From Zygnema circumcarinatum SAG 698-1b (Eukaryota > Plantae > Zygnematophyceae): 64,000 bases of DNA. Both the position numbers and the translations under genes were made by a program. Positions within the stretch are counted from its first letter, which is position 1. Each line of letters starts with the position of its first letter. Under the pieces are notes generated by a model. That model was not told where the DNA came from. It saw nothing but the letters and a program-made list of their open reading frames with translations, and made no database searches. This document shows, one piece after another, positions 37,401 to 49,544 of this stretch. Where the stretch lies: the NCBI GenBank assembly GCA_037447605.1, contig CM074817.1:124001-188000 (forward strand), in the 5' to 3' direction.

Positions 37401-40400
37401 TGAAGTCAGCGAGGGAGGCTTCGGCGGTCGTGTTATACATGTGGCAAGATGGGGCCACTACTCTGGCGATTGCTTCAAAAGAGCAGGCTGACCAAGAGAA
37501 GGGAGGGAAACTAGCGACTTCATCCGGCGAAAGGAGAAAAGCGTTCGGTGGCACTTGCTTCCAAATGCAAGAAGAGGAGCCCGCGGGAGTTGAGGCTGCA
37601 AGGTAGCAGTTGAGAACAACCTCATGCTGGCCGAGGAGAATACTGAGAATGCGTTTGTGGGAAGGATTCAGGTAGAGGATCCGAAGCGGCCGTGGCTGAT
37701 TGATTCCGGCGCTTCTACGCATATGTGCGGAGACACATCGATGTTCTCCAAGCTCGACGACTTGGAGAAGACACGCTCAGTCCATTCAGCAACCGGTGAA
37801 GGAGTCACCGTGACGAGAGGTGGAGCCGTGAGGATGATACTCGGAGACGGCTCGGTCATCAATGAAGAAGACATACAAGAGAAGTTGTCAATTGGTGACG
37901 TTCTTCACACCCCTGAGCTAAAGCAGAATTTCATGTCTGTTAGCCAAGTGTGTAAGAAAGGATACAGTGTTCTGTTTGAGGAGAAGTCATGCGTGGCCAT
38001 CCATACAGAAACTGGGAGACAGCTGTTTAGGGGTTATGAGAGAGGAGGGCTGTATTATCTTGATTATAAGAGGGAGAATTATGAGCATGCCAATGCAATC
38101 TCAGAGAATGCCGTAGATGTATGGCATAGAAGACTTGGTCACTTACACCATAGAGGGATGCAGCAGTTGGCTGAGAAGGGGTTAGTCCGTGGGCTAGACC
38201 CCGGTGTAGTGGAGAAGGAGCTTGGGTTGTGCCAGGAGTGTGTGGAGGGCAAGGCGCACAGGAGACCATTCGTGAGGAGTGGAGACGAGTCCTATCGAGC
38301 GCGAGAAAAGTTGGAATTGGTACATTCTGACTTGTGTGGCCCAGTTACACCGGCGACCAACGGCGGAGCACGTTACTTCGTCACGTTCCTCGACGATTAC
38401 TCGAGGAAGATTTGGATTACGCTCCTCAAGAACAAGTCGGAGGCTTTTAGGGCCTTTCGGGGGTAAGGTGAACCAGAGGCGGAGAGCGGGGAATGGGGCC
38501 CGGCGAAGGCTTTGCTGGCGTGAACAATGGCGAATTCAAATGAAGGAGTTCCGCGAGTTCTGAAGAACAGCGGTAGAGCATGAAAAAGAGATTCTACGCT
38601 ATTCCCCTCCCGAGCAATGCTGGAGGCGGTGGCGAGTGAATGGGACATTATTGGGGACATGGCTGGACCATGTTGATTGATTCCCCCTTTCCGTGACTTC
38701 TTTTTTGGGGAGAGGCGGTTTCTACTACTCGCATTACATTAGAAGCAGATATGGAGTCTTGATGCGAAGGCCGGGAGTCCTGGCGAGATGTGGAGTGGGA
38801 GGAAGCACGATTTCCACACGAGGACCTTTGGTAGCGATCTTTGGGCTGCACTGCCCAAGGCGACGAAGTTTGACCCGGCGGTGGAGGGTTATGTTCTCGG
38901 CTATAACACCAGCGGCCGCTTGCATTATGGGGTGTGGAACCCACCATTGCGGGAGGTCACGAGCACGAGGACATTACGATTGATGAGGGAAGTCTTTGTT
39001 GGCGTGTTGCGAGACTCTCGGTCTCTCCTCCGGCAGATTTGAGATGCGTGTATGAGGAGAGGGCAGAGTGGAGGCGTGATGTCAGCATGCGGGATGCGGC
39101 GCATCACGGAAGTGAAAGAGCCGAGCGGCAGGCTGCGTCCAGCGAGCTGGCGATGTTGGAAGTACGCCCGGGCGCATGGAAGGCCGCATTCGGCGGGAAA
39201 CGTTCGGTGCACACTGATTGAGTGAGGAAGAGGAAGGAAACTTTCCGTGGAGCGGTGCGGTACTCTACTGCACTTAAGAGTTAGAAGGACAGGCGGCCGA
39301 GAGAGGCTATGTTAGCTAACGGCCTCCGGGTTTTAATACCGGACTCTACTTCTATCCGAGGGGTGGCCTTGAAAGGAGATTGGAAGAAGGTGAGGACGGG
39401 GGCGACGGATCGGTACTCGCACGAGAACAACCTCATCAGAAGAGTGCCTTGGTCCGAGGTGACCTGCGTGGGAGTTGCCCATTGCTTTATGATCACGGAA
39501 CCACAGACCTTTGAGGAAGCACACGACGGAGTCGATGGCGACAAATGGCGGGTGGCGATCGATAGCGAGTGGGACAGCTTGATAGAGAACGGCACGTGGA
39601 GGTTGGAGGAGCTGCCTCAAGGGAGGCGAGCTATTGGCTGCAAATGGGTCTTCAAAGTCAAGAGGAAGGCAGACGGAAGCGTGGACAGATACAAGGCGCG
39701 GCTAGTGGCGAAGGGATACGCCCAGAAGTATGGAGTTGACTACGTGGAGACTTTCGCTCCAGTGGTAAAGTTCAACTCCTTGAGAGCCTTGATTTCCATC
39801 GCAGCGGCTGAAGGAATGCATGTCCATCAGCTGGACATCAAGACGGCATTCCTGTACGGAGATCTAACGGAAGAGATCTATATGGAGCAGCCGGAGGGGA
39901 AGGTGGTCCCAGGAAAGGAACACCTAGTCTGTCGACTAGTGAAGAGCCTATATGGTTTGAAGCAGGCGCCCAGAGTGTGGTACGAGAAGATAGATGATCT
40001 TCTGAGGAGGAATGGTTTCGACCGATTCGAAACAGATCATTCCGTGTACCGTCAAGGAGAGGGGGCGGACATCATGTTCGTCGGGATCTACGTTGATGAT
40101 CTCATAATGGTGAGCCTCTCGCTTGAAAGAATCAGTTCCTTGAAAGAGTTGCTTCAAGCAAATTTCAAGATGTCAGATTTGGGTGAGGCGCAGTATCTGC
40201 TTGGGATGCAGCTGAAGAGGGGGCAAGATGGCAGCTTATTCTTGTGTCAGAAGAAGTATGCATCAGATGTTCTTGCCCGGTTCCACATGGAAGATTCTAG
40301 GCCGTGCTCCAGCCCGATGGAGATAGGCGCTAGATTGTCGAAGGAGATGTCANNNNNNNNNNCCAGGAGCTTTCTCCTATTCATTTCTCTCTGTTATTCC

Positions 40401-41899
40401 GCTGTGCATTATTTGCTGTGATTCACTCTGTGAGTAAAATGGGCTATGAGTGAATGTGAGGGATTTGAAGATGTCATCGTCGATTGGAACGCGAACTCCG
40501 ATGGAGGGTGACCCGAATGGAGGAACGGACGGCAGCAGTGGAGGAGTCCCTGCACCAACACCTTTGGTACGGTCTAAGCCTAAGCCGTAATTCTACGACC
40601 CTAGACCTTCCCTAGACCTGCCGTACCATGCCCTAATGATACGGGCACCCCCCATGTTCGGTCCTACACCAAACATGACCATTCATACATGACATTGTCC
40701 CTATACCACCACATTGATGTCCCGGACAACATTCATGCTAGGAACTAAGTACCAACACCTTGATGTACCCTATACATCAACAATCCCCCTCTTGGTACGT
40801 AAGTTCCTTGCAAGCTATACTAACATGGCACCCTAAGCTTAAGCAACACTTTAAGCGTACCTTGCTGCTTGCTCACCAATTCCCTTGAATTGATTCCACC
40901 GTGAATGCAACAGCCATTGCACTCTCCCCCGGGCCACCTCCTCCTGAAGATGGTCTTCACTCCGCATGTGCAATCGTTGCACATCAGAACCTCCTTGAGC
41001 GCAATTGACACCTTGTCAACAATGTGGTGGGAACCTTCAACTTCTTGAACTCTCTAAAGTCATCCTCCAATGTAAACCCGAGAAGTCCTAACTTCTCCTC
41101 CCATCTCACACATTCAGAATGTCGTCTTCTTCATTGCCGCTCACCCCCTCATAAACATGAGGTCCTTCATAGTTGTCCTTTGAATCCTCCTAGTGGTTCT
41201 CTCGCCATTTGTTGTAGACCTCCACCCAAATGAAGTGCCGTCTTCACCAACAACTTCCTCTACACGATCCTGGGACCCCACACTATGAACTACCTTTGTC
41301 TCCCATGGACAAGCTCCCCTTAGCACCATCTGCCAAGGTCGAATCTGAACACCTTAACTACCCCTTCTTAAGCTAAACAGCCTCCTTGTACAAGGACTGG
41401 TCCTCCAAAGCCACCTCCAGCTTCGACATCTCGGCACCCTCCTCTTGTACTCCACCTTTGGGGTCTTAATTCTGCTCACTTACTCCATCAATGAGCCAGC
41501 TAACCAGATGTTCCTCTTCCCCTATCAAGGTCCTACAAACCTTGCTTGACACTTCCTTCATTGCATGTCAACTTCTCCAACGAGTGTAATTCTTGCACCT
41601 TCTTATGCATCTGAAAAACACCTCACTCCAGCTTAGTGACTTTCAAAGGAATACCAATAAGGGAAGTGTACTGCACCATCATCATGATGACATTCTCCAC
41701 ACTCTGCTCGTCCCTTGATTCCGTTGCCACCAGCCGCACCTCCAAGCGCTCCTTGCCGCCTCTTGATCTCCATGATCACTTGCAGCTCCTCGAATCTTCA
41801 AGGTCTATGCTTCAACTCTTCAGGATTGCTCAGCCTCCTCTATCATAGCATCTTCTTCATTTCTCCCCACTCGGGCCGAAGTCATCTGATCAGCATCTC
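34455..41899 (-). mobile_element. Family B copy B2: 3' LTR (40782-40566 plus 35695-about 34455, split by C), PPT 40783-40794, decayed RT/RH up to the 100-N gap
   Basis: Reverse complement of the B1 LTR and internal region; minus strand reads CAAGAGGGGGAT-TGTTGATG. Confidence 0.85.
35696..40560 (+). mobile_element. Ty1/copia family C: 5' LTR 35696-36715, PBS 36716-36729, gag-PR-IN-RT, gap 40353-40362, end of 3' LTR 40363-40560
   Basis: Perfect TSD CCTTT (35691-35695 and 40561-40565); WLIDSGASTHMCGD; VWHRRLGH; LELVHSDLCGP; YKARLVAKGY; YVDDL; identical LTR ends CCCTGCACCAACA. Confidence 0.93.
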
Positions 41900-41999
41900 N
41901 NNNNNNNNNNNNNNNNNNNNNNNNNNNNNNNNNNNNNNNNNNNNNNNNNNNNNNNNNNNNNNNNNNNNNNNNNNNNNNNNNNNNNNNNNNNNNNNNNNN
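41900..41999. other. 100-N scaffold gap. Other 10-N gaps: 8605, 24458, 33189, 33839, 40353, 48340, 52447, 55709, 56530.
   Basis: Runs of N in the sequence. Confidence 1.
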
Positions 42000-42378
42000 A
42001 CTTTTCCTTTTTAATCAGACTGTACTTTGACCCTTACGGACATCGTACGATAGTGTCGCCATTTACTCCTAGGAGCGTTTCAATCCGGCAAAATTAGTGA
42101 TAGCATTGTTTAGAGTTAGGCTTTGCACACACTAGAAATAATACTCCCTCATAGTGACGGAAGGACTGTCAGCACGGTCTGTTCCGGCATATAACAGGTA
42201 AGTTACAAATATAGCTTTTTAAAAAGTGCCCTTTGTTTTTTTTTGTACAGTCATTGCCCTTGTGAGAAAAGCAAAGATATTCCGAAACAAGTCCATGTTT
42301 TCAACAAGTTCAACCTTGGCCGTGACGACTCATGTTTTCAGGCCTTGCTTGCTGGTGCACGCAGCTTTTCATATCAGC
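42000..42378. repeat. Paralogue of the 3' flank of the double-expansin gene (matches 49741-50099)
   Basis: Colinear similarity starting ACTTTTCCTTTTTAATCAGACTGTA in both places, with many substitutions. Confidence 0.85.
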
Positions 42379-42420
42379 TTCAAAAAAAGGTCCCTGTTGT
42401 TTTTGTGTACAGTCGTCGTC

Positions 42421-42577
42421 GGGCATCCCCCGTGTTCGGTCCTACAAACATGACCATCCATGCATGGATATTGTCCCTATACCACATTGTACATTTTCCA
42501 CCAACACATTGATGTTCCGGACAACATTCATGCGTGGAACTAAGTACCAACACCTTGATGTACCCTTTACATCAACA
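42421..42577 (-). mobile_element. Remnant of the 5' terminus of LTR B (about 157 bp)
   Basis: Matches 40643-40782 and ends GTACCCTTTACATCAACA. Confidence 0.8.
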
Positions 42578-43601
42578 TTTGCGAGGGAGGTTACAGAAAT
42601 CTGGGTTATATCTTAAACAAAGCCGGATCTGACTTCTGGTGTTCCAGTGCCTGCTACGCTCGACTGTACCGACACAAACAGACCAGTAATTCAGTCTTTT
42701 TCATCCTCTCTCTGAAAGATTCTCCATGTATGTTCAGAATGTTGTATTCGAGTATGTGCGTGAAATAAGGAGAGGTGGCATTCATCGTACGATGGCGATG
42801 CCATCAAATGCACATGGACCAAATTATTATAGGGAACCACGAAGTACAGGTGTTAAAGGACCTAAGGACAAAAGGAAAAAGCTAGTAGCTGAAGAATCAT
42901 CTTCTGAACATTATTTTTTCCTTCTGACGTGCGTATGACTAGCCACTGGTTGGCTCAACGGAAACAACGCATCCACCTCTTCGTACATCCCATCCCTTGA
43001 CAACTCCAAAACCCATCCATGTCAACAGCGCATCGCAGCCCTCATCTGCCGCCATTCACCCACTTCCCAAACTACCGCCACGAGTGCCTCCATCCATGGC
43101 TGCTACCATGTTCCATGTGATCACCAAACCGTCCGATCAAGGACACTGCAACATCATGCCGACTTCAGACGTAAGCATGACGTGGAAATCGCCACTTTCT
43201 GACGTCATGTATGCCCGGTACAGCGTCCGATCGCGATGCAGCGGCGGCACGGACGTCATAACACTGGGACTGACGTCGTAACGCTTGGAATGACATCATG
43301 AGCACAATTCTCACGAGTTTTCAAACCGAAGAAAGATGGCAACCGTATGCCGATATGATACGATATACTGTCAATCAAATATATTTGAAATCGTATCGTA
43401 TCGTGTAATCCAGTCCACAATCATACGCTCCGTTCACATGTTCGACATTTCCCGTCACGTTCGGTTTTGCTCATCCGTTTTGAACCGCTACGCGACACAA
43501 ATGCCGCCAGGCCAATCAGAAGCCGGGGAAAGTCAATGCCACTTGCTGACAAAGTTCTAAGGCTTCATCTGTAATTTTCAAATGGAAAAAACAAAAACGA
43601 A

Positions 43602-44540
43602 GGGTAGTGTTATTTCCACCCCTTTTTTGGATCAAAACACCCCTTCCCGGCCGGGCAGATTTTATAATGGATTAAAAACAGAAAAAATACTTTTTTCACA
43701 CCTTTTTGGAATCGATACCAACCCTCCATCGGCAGATTTTATTTTTGAGAAACAAGGAAAATGATAACCCGTCCATTTTGAATATCCCGCCTCCCTGAAG
43801 TTTTTTTCACGCTTGCGGTCCATCGCAGCGGTCGATTTCCTCGCAAATCGCAACACGGCAGATCACTATTTGAGCTGCAGCCGGGCTCGGTCACAGCGAA
43901 TGGCACGTGCCCACGTATCCCGCCAATGTCGTCTCACCGTACAAAGTTCGTACGGTCGCAACTTTGAGGAACCCAAAATTTTGTATATTGAGATCTTGGA
44001 CCAGTCAAAAATATTCCACGTCAAAAACATAACACGTGGCAGATGTTCATTAGCTAGAAACTGACAATGACGAGATCTTCGGCCGAGGGACGCGAGAACT
44101 CGCACGTGTGATCCGGCTTTGACGGGACTCGTGGGCGCTTTCCATTCGCTGAGATCGAGCCAGGCTGCAGATCGAACGGTGATCTGCCGTGGTGCGATCT
44201 GCGAGGGAATCGACAGCTGCGATTGACAAACACGTGTGAAGGACGGACACCCGCGAACGATCTCGTGGCGGACGGATCTTCAGCTCCGAGCGGATTCGGG
44301 CAGGCCGATATTTCTTTCCCTCAAAAAAAAATTCAGGGAGGCGGGATACAGTATTCAAAATGTGGTGACGGGGTATCATTTACCTTAATGAGCAAAAAAT
44401 AAAATCTGCCGACGGAAGGAGGTGGGTATCGATTCCAAAAAGGTGTGTAAATAGCATTTTCCGTTTTTAATCTCTTTTGAAATCTGCCCGGCCGGGAAGG
44501 TGTGTTTTGATCCAAAAAAGGGGTGGAAATAACACTACCC
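43602..44540. mobile_element. Foldback/MITE-like non-autonomous DNA transposon with long inverted arms (over 300 bp), possibly Mutator-like
   Basis: GGGTAGTGTTATTTCCACCCC at 43602 has its reverse complement ending at 44540; inverted similarity continues to about 43935/44105. Flanks are A-rich with no clean TSD. Confidence 0.82.
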
Positions 44541-45051
44541 AAAAGAATATGGTCGAAATAGCCCGGAGGTAAGGTCCAATGATTGCGGCGGTTTGTCGTT
44601 CACGGTCACTGGACTAAACGGACCCGGACGGAGCGTATATCGGCATATCGTCATGTCTGTGTATCGTCATACCGGCATGCGGCGGGCGGCGGATCGGCGG
44701 CCGCCGCCGACCGCCGCACCGCGCGCCGCGGCCCGCCACGTGGCGGTGGCGGCGGGGCAAGCGGCCCCGCAGTCGAGGCCCTTATGAGGGAAGGAAGGGA
44801 CGAGGGAGGCACAGCAGCGCAGAGAGAGAGATATTGAGAGAGAGACAGAGAGAGACGGACACCGAGCACAGAGAGAGGCGGGAGTGAGAGGGAGAAGAAG
44901 TGCTTAGAGAGTAAAGCGGGAAGCAGCGCAGTGGGAGAGGGAGACCAAATTATATATTGAGTCACAGCAGGGTTCAAGTGAACGGTTGCCGATTGAATTG
45001 GACGGTTTGAAGGACTGCGGTTTGAGAAGTATCGAGTTTCGAGGACGCGGA

Positions 45052-48000
45052 ATGGCGATGGGAGGACGCGGGGGGACTGCGGGGAGGACGCTGGTTCGTC
45101 TTCTCACAGCAGTAGTGCAAATTGCCGCCTTTTGCAACAGCTCGGTGAGAGCGCAGAGTCTGTACGACTCGTCGTGGCTGAACGCAACGGCGACTTGGCA
45201 CGCCGTCGGGGACGGGGACGGCGACAGTGAGTTTAAGATTAGGACCATGAGGAATCGATAAGTTTATACTATAGCACGTATTGGTGGATGCGAAATTCAT
45301 GATTTTATTGTTCTTCTTCATGTAAACAGGTCATGTTCGAAGGTCTTTTCGTGATCAAGATCACCACTGAGTTACTGACTGACCAAGGTGTGGGTCGCAG
45401 GCGGTGCATGCGGATATGCTGCGACGGCGTTCGGAAAAATGGCAACAGCAGTGAGCGGCGGATTTTACCAAAAAGGAATGAGCTGCGGCGCATGCTATCA
45501 GGTGAGAGACAATGGCACGGGACTGTCTCCCTCTTTCTCTCTCACTACCCTATCCCCCCTCACATTTAGCTCTCTACCTCGTCCCCCCTCCCGCCCCACC
45601 AAGTCTCTCTCGCTCTATCTCGAGTGTTAACCTCCTCCCACATCTTCCGATGATTCAGGTTATATGCATGAGCAATACTCTATGCTCGCAACAGCCCATC
45701 GTCGTCACAGTCAGCGACGTCTGCGGCGGCTGCGGCAATGGGAACTTTCACTTCGGCATGACCCGCGAAGCCTTTGGAGCCATGGCGGTTGTCGGACAAG
45801 AGAATGTCATTACGAATGTGGGCTACATGAGCCGCGTGATGTACAAAAGGTCAGCTCAAAGGTTCAAATTATGAATGAATACGGTCAACGGAACAACCTC
45901 AGTTTGTAGGTTTGGAAGCAACTAAGCTGCAGAATGCCGAGCTTGGAGGTATTATTGATTTTCTCAGTTACTTTCCGACATGGGACCGAAGTGACAAATC
46001 CTATTCATTGCGGGATGATGCCCAGAGTGCCCTGCAACTACAAAAAGAAGGTGTCCTTCACTGTCAACGAAGGGAGCTCGGTGTGGCGGGTTCAACTTCG
46101 ACTTCGAGACGTAGGCGGACCCGGAACAGTGACGGATGTTTTGATCAAACCGGTGAGAGGGCATGAATGAAGCTATGAAATATATCACTCTGAGCGCCTA
46201 CCTATCCGGCAAGCACACCTTCATCCCTTCGACATTTTCCAAAATTCTTTCTTCTCTCTGTCATTGCAGAATAACTCCAACATTTTTCTTCCGATGAAGC
46301 ACGCTGACGGTGCGAACTTCTACATCCAGTCCCACGGAGAAAGATTTGATGGCCCCTACATAATCCAGCTTCGGAATAACATCACAGGTGAGTGGAAGAA
46401 GGAGCTTAGCAATGCGAGAGAACGGAGGTGGGAGAAGAAGCTCATGGAACAAATATCCGTTGCCGATAAAATCCTCTTTGAAATCGTAGAACTGCTTACA
46501 GTAAATTCAAATCCCTTCACTAAACAAAGTCAAAGCAGAGAAGTACTGTAGACCAATGCTTGCCACGATAGCAGCTGCTATGTATTCGTCATTGATTTTT
46601 TTTTTTTCTTAACTTTTTTTTTCCTTGCAGGTCAATCTTTGATATGTCCGAAATCCATCCCAGGCCCTTCTGAGCAGGGCCCCGCATTCGATTGCGGAGC
46701 ACAATTCCCTATTTCTGCCTTACCACCTTCACCGCTTCGCCGATCCCCTCCTCCCCCGCCGCCGCCTCCCCCCCCTGCCCCCCCCCCGCCCAGACTTCCT
46801 CCTTCTCCTCCACCGTCGCCACGTGTCAACGGTCCCCCGCTATACGGGAGAGTGTGGTACAACGCGACCACCACGTGGTATCCCGGCGTGCCGCCTCAGG
46901 GCAATCCTGATGGTAAGATATCGCCAACGCATTTCTCTCCCTCCTCTCTCCCTCCCTCACCCCCTCTCTCGCGTTCCTCCACTCCCTCTGACACGTGGCA
47001 CCTCCTAGTTCAGGTGGAAACTGCGGGTACCTTGCGCTGAACAGCACGGCGTACGGGAGAATGGCGGCCGCTGGCAGCCAGGCGCTCTTCATGAAGGGAG
47101 CTGGCTGCGGGACGTGCTATCAGGTGCGGCCACGTGGCATGAATCCCTGGCTCGCTTTGCACGGCCATGCAACATGGACCCCTGAGGCCGCACAGCCGGT
47201 TCTAATGGCTGCTGCTATCGGCCCCTCGTGGCTGCAGATCAAGTGCACGAGCAACCCTGCATGCAGCTCGAAGCCGATCACTGTCACGATCACGGATGTG
47301 TGTCCGAGCAACGAAAAGGCGAGCCCCAACTGGTGCGGCGACGGGAAGGTTCACTTCGACCTCACAAGGGAGGCGTTTTCCGCCATGGCTATCCCCTCGG
47401 CAATGGCCAGTTTCCCGGGTAAAGGCTACATGAGCGGCGTACTTTACCGAAGGTGAATTTCTCCCTCTTTTTTGGACAAGCAAACTTGTCAAGGACAGTC
47501 ACGAACACCTCTTTTCTTTCCCACTTTTTCTATCGTTCCCTCACCCTCCCTCCCTCTCCTCCGTGCAGGGTACCATGTGTGTATCAAAAACCCATTTCCT
47601 TCGCCTTCTGGAATGGAAGCTCCGTCTGGTGGCTCAATATCATCCTGCGCGATGTGGGTGGTCCCGGAAACATGACAGACGTCTACATTCGTCCGGTAAA
47701 TCCTTGCCCTTACGAACTTTTAGGGGAAAAAATTCGAAAGAGATTTGGTTGGCAAAAACGTTGGTTGGTGCTAGTGACTAAAAGATCCTTGTTGCTCGTT
47801 TGGGTTTTGGCGCAGTCAAATTATAACAGCTTCCTTCGGATGAATTTCAAATGGGGAGCGGGCTACGACGTGCAGTCGACGGGAACGCCGTTTAATCCTC
47901 CATACGAAATGAAGCTGGTCAACAACGTGACAAGTGAGGCAGCTAGTTTGTTAACAGTTGATAAGAGTGTCCCTTATGACATACTGATCATCCCTCGCAG

Positions 48001-48267
48001 CCGCCGTTTGCTTCTCAATCACTGGAATCGCTATGCGGCTTCTGCGCCGCTTCTCTTGATTGGTGAGACTGCAAATGTCTGCAGAAGATAGGACTGACAT
48101 TTCCCAAATCCTTTCTGAATGGTTTTGCAGGGGAATCTGTGACCTGTCCGAATCTGATCAATGGCCCATACCCTTACCGCACACCCTTCAGCTGCGGAGC
48201 TCAATGGCCCACGCGAGGCAGCCGCGCTTCTCCTCCTCCTCCTCCGCAATCAAGGCGGGCAGCTTAA
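45052..48267 (+). CDS. Tandem two-module expansin-like protein (566 aa) with a Pro-rich linker. Exons 45052-45226, 45401-45501, 45659-45849, 46026-46152, 46270-46387, 46631-46912, 47014-47123, 47238-47452, 47569-47695, 47816-47933, 48131-48267.
   Basis: All introns are GT-AG; exon total is 1701 nt, open to TAA at 48265-48267. N-terminal hydrophobic segment; two GxCGY...CGxCYQ...VPC...DVGGPG sets; exon 6 reads through SPPPPPPPPPPAPPPP into the second ATTTWYPG. Confidence 0.88.
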
Positions 48268-48349
48268 GGCGCTGGATATGGGGAATCGCTTGCCACGAGT
48301 TCTGCAACAATTAGGAAATTGCCCTTCGCCATCTTCTATNNNNNNNNNN

Positions 48350-49544
48350 GGCAGCCAGGCGCTCTTCATGAAGGGAGCTGGCTGCGGGACGTGCTATCAG
48401 GTGCGGCCACGTGGCATGAATCCCTGGCTCGCTTTGCACGGCCATGCAACATGGACCCCTGAGGCCGCACAGCCGGTTCTAATGGCTGCTGCTATCGGCC
48501 CCTCGTGGCTGCAGATCAAGTGCACGAGCAACCCTGCATGCAGCTCGAAGCCGATCACTGTCACGATCACGGATGTGTGTCCGAGCAACGAAAAGGCGAG
48601 CCCCAACTGGTGCGGCGACGGGAAGGTTCACTTCGACCTCACAAGGGAGGCGTTTTCCGCCATGGCTATCCCCTCGGCAATGGCCAGTTTCCCGGGTAAA
48701 GGCTACATGAGCGGCGTACTTTACCGAAGGTGAATTTCTCCCTCTTTTTTGGACAAGCAAACTTGTCAAGGACAGTCACGAACACCTCTTTTCTTTCCCA
48801 CTTTTTCTATCGTTCCCTCACCCTCCCTCCCTCTCCTCCGTGCAGGGTACCATGTGTGTATCAAAAACCCATTTCCTTCGCCTTCTGGAATGGAAGCTCC
48901 GTCTGGTGGCTCAATATCATCCTGCGCGATGTGGGTGGTCCCGGAAACATGACAGACGTCTACATTCGTCCGGTAAATCCTTGCCCTTACGAACTTTTAG
49001 GGGAAAAAATTCGAAAGAGATTTGGTTGGGAAAAATGTTGGTTGGTGCTTATGACTAAAAGATCCTTGTTGCTCGTTTGGGTTTTGGCGCAGTCAAATTA
49101 TAACAGCTTCCTTCGGATGAATTTCAAATGGGGAGCGGGCTACGACGTGCAGTCCACGGGAACGCCGTTTAATCCTCCATACGAAATGAAGCTGGTCAAC
49201 AACGTGACAAGTGAGGCAGCTAGTTTGTTAACAGTTGATAAGAGAGTCCCTTGTGACATACTGATCATCCCTCGCAGCCGCCGTTTGCTTCTCAATCACT
49301 GGAATCGTCATGCAGCTTCTGCGCCGCTGCTCTTGATTGGTGAGACTGCAAATGTCTGCAGAAGATAGGACTGACATTTCCCAAATCCTTTCTGAATGGT
49401 TTTGCAGGGGAATCTGTGACCTGTCCGAATCTGATCAATGGCCCATACCCGTACCGGACACCCTTCAGCTGCGGAGCTCAATGGCCCACGCGAAGCAGCC
49501 GCGCTTCTCCTCCTCCTCCTCCGCAATCAAGGCGGGCAGCTTAA
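48350..49544 (+). CDS. Second, 5'-truncated copy of the double-expansin gene (module 2 exons, offset 1277 from the first copy)
   Basis: Near-identical to 47073-48267 immediately after the gap 48340-48349; differences are substitutions, mostly intronic or synonymous. Confidence 0.8.
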
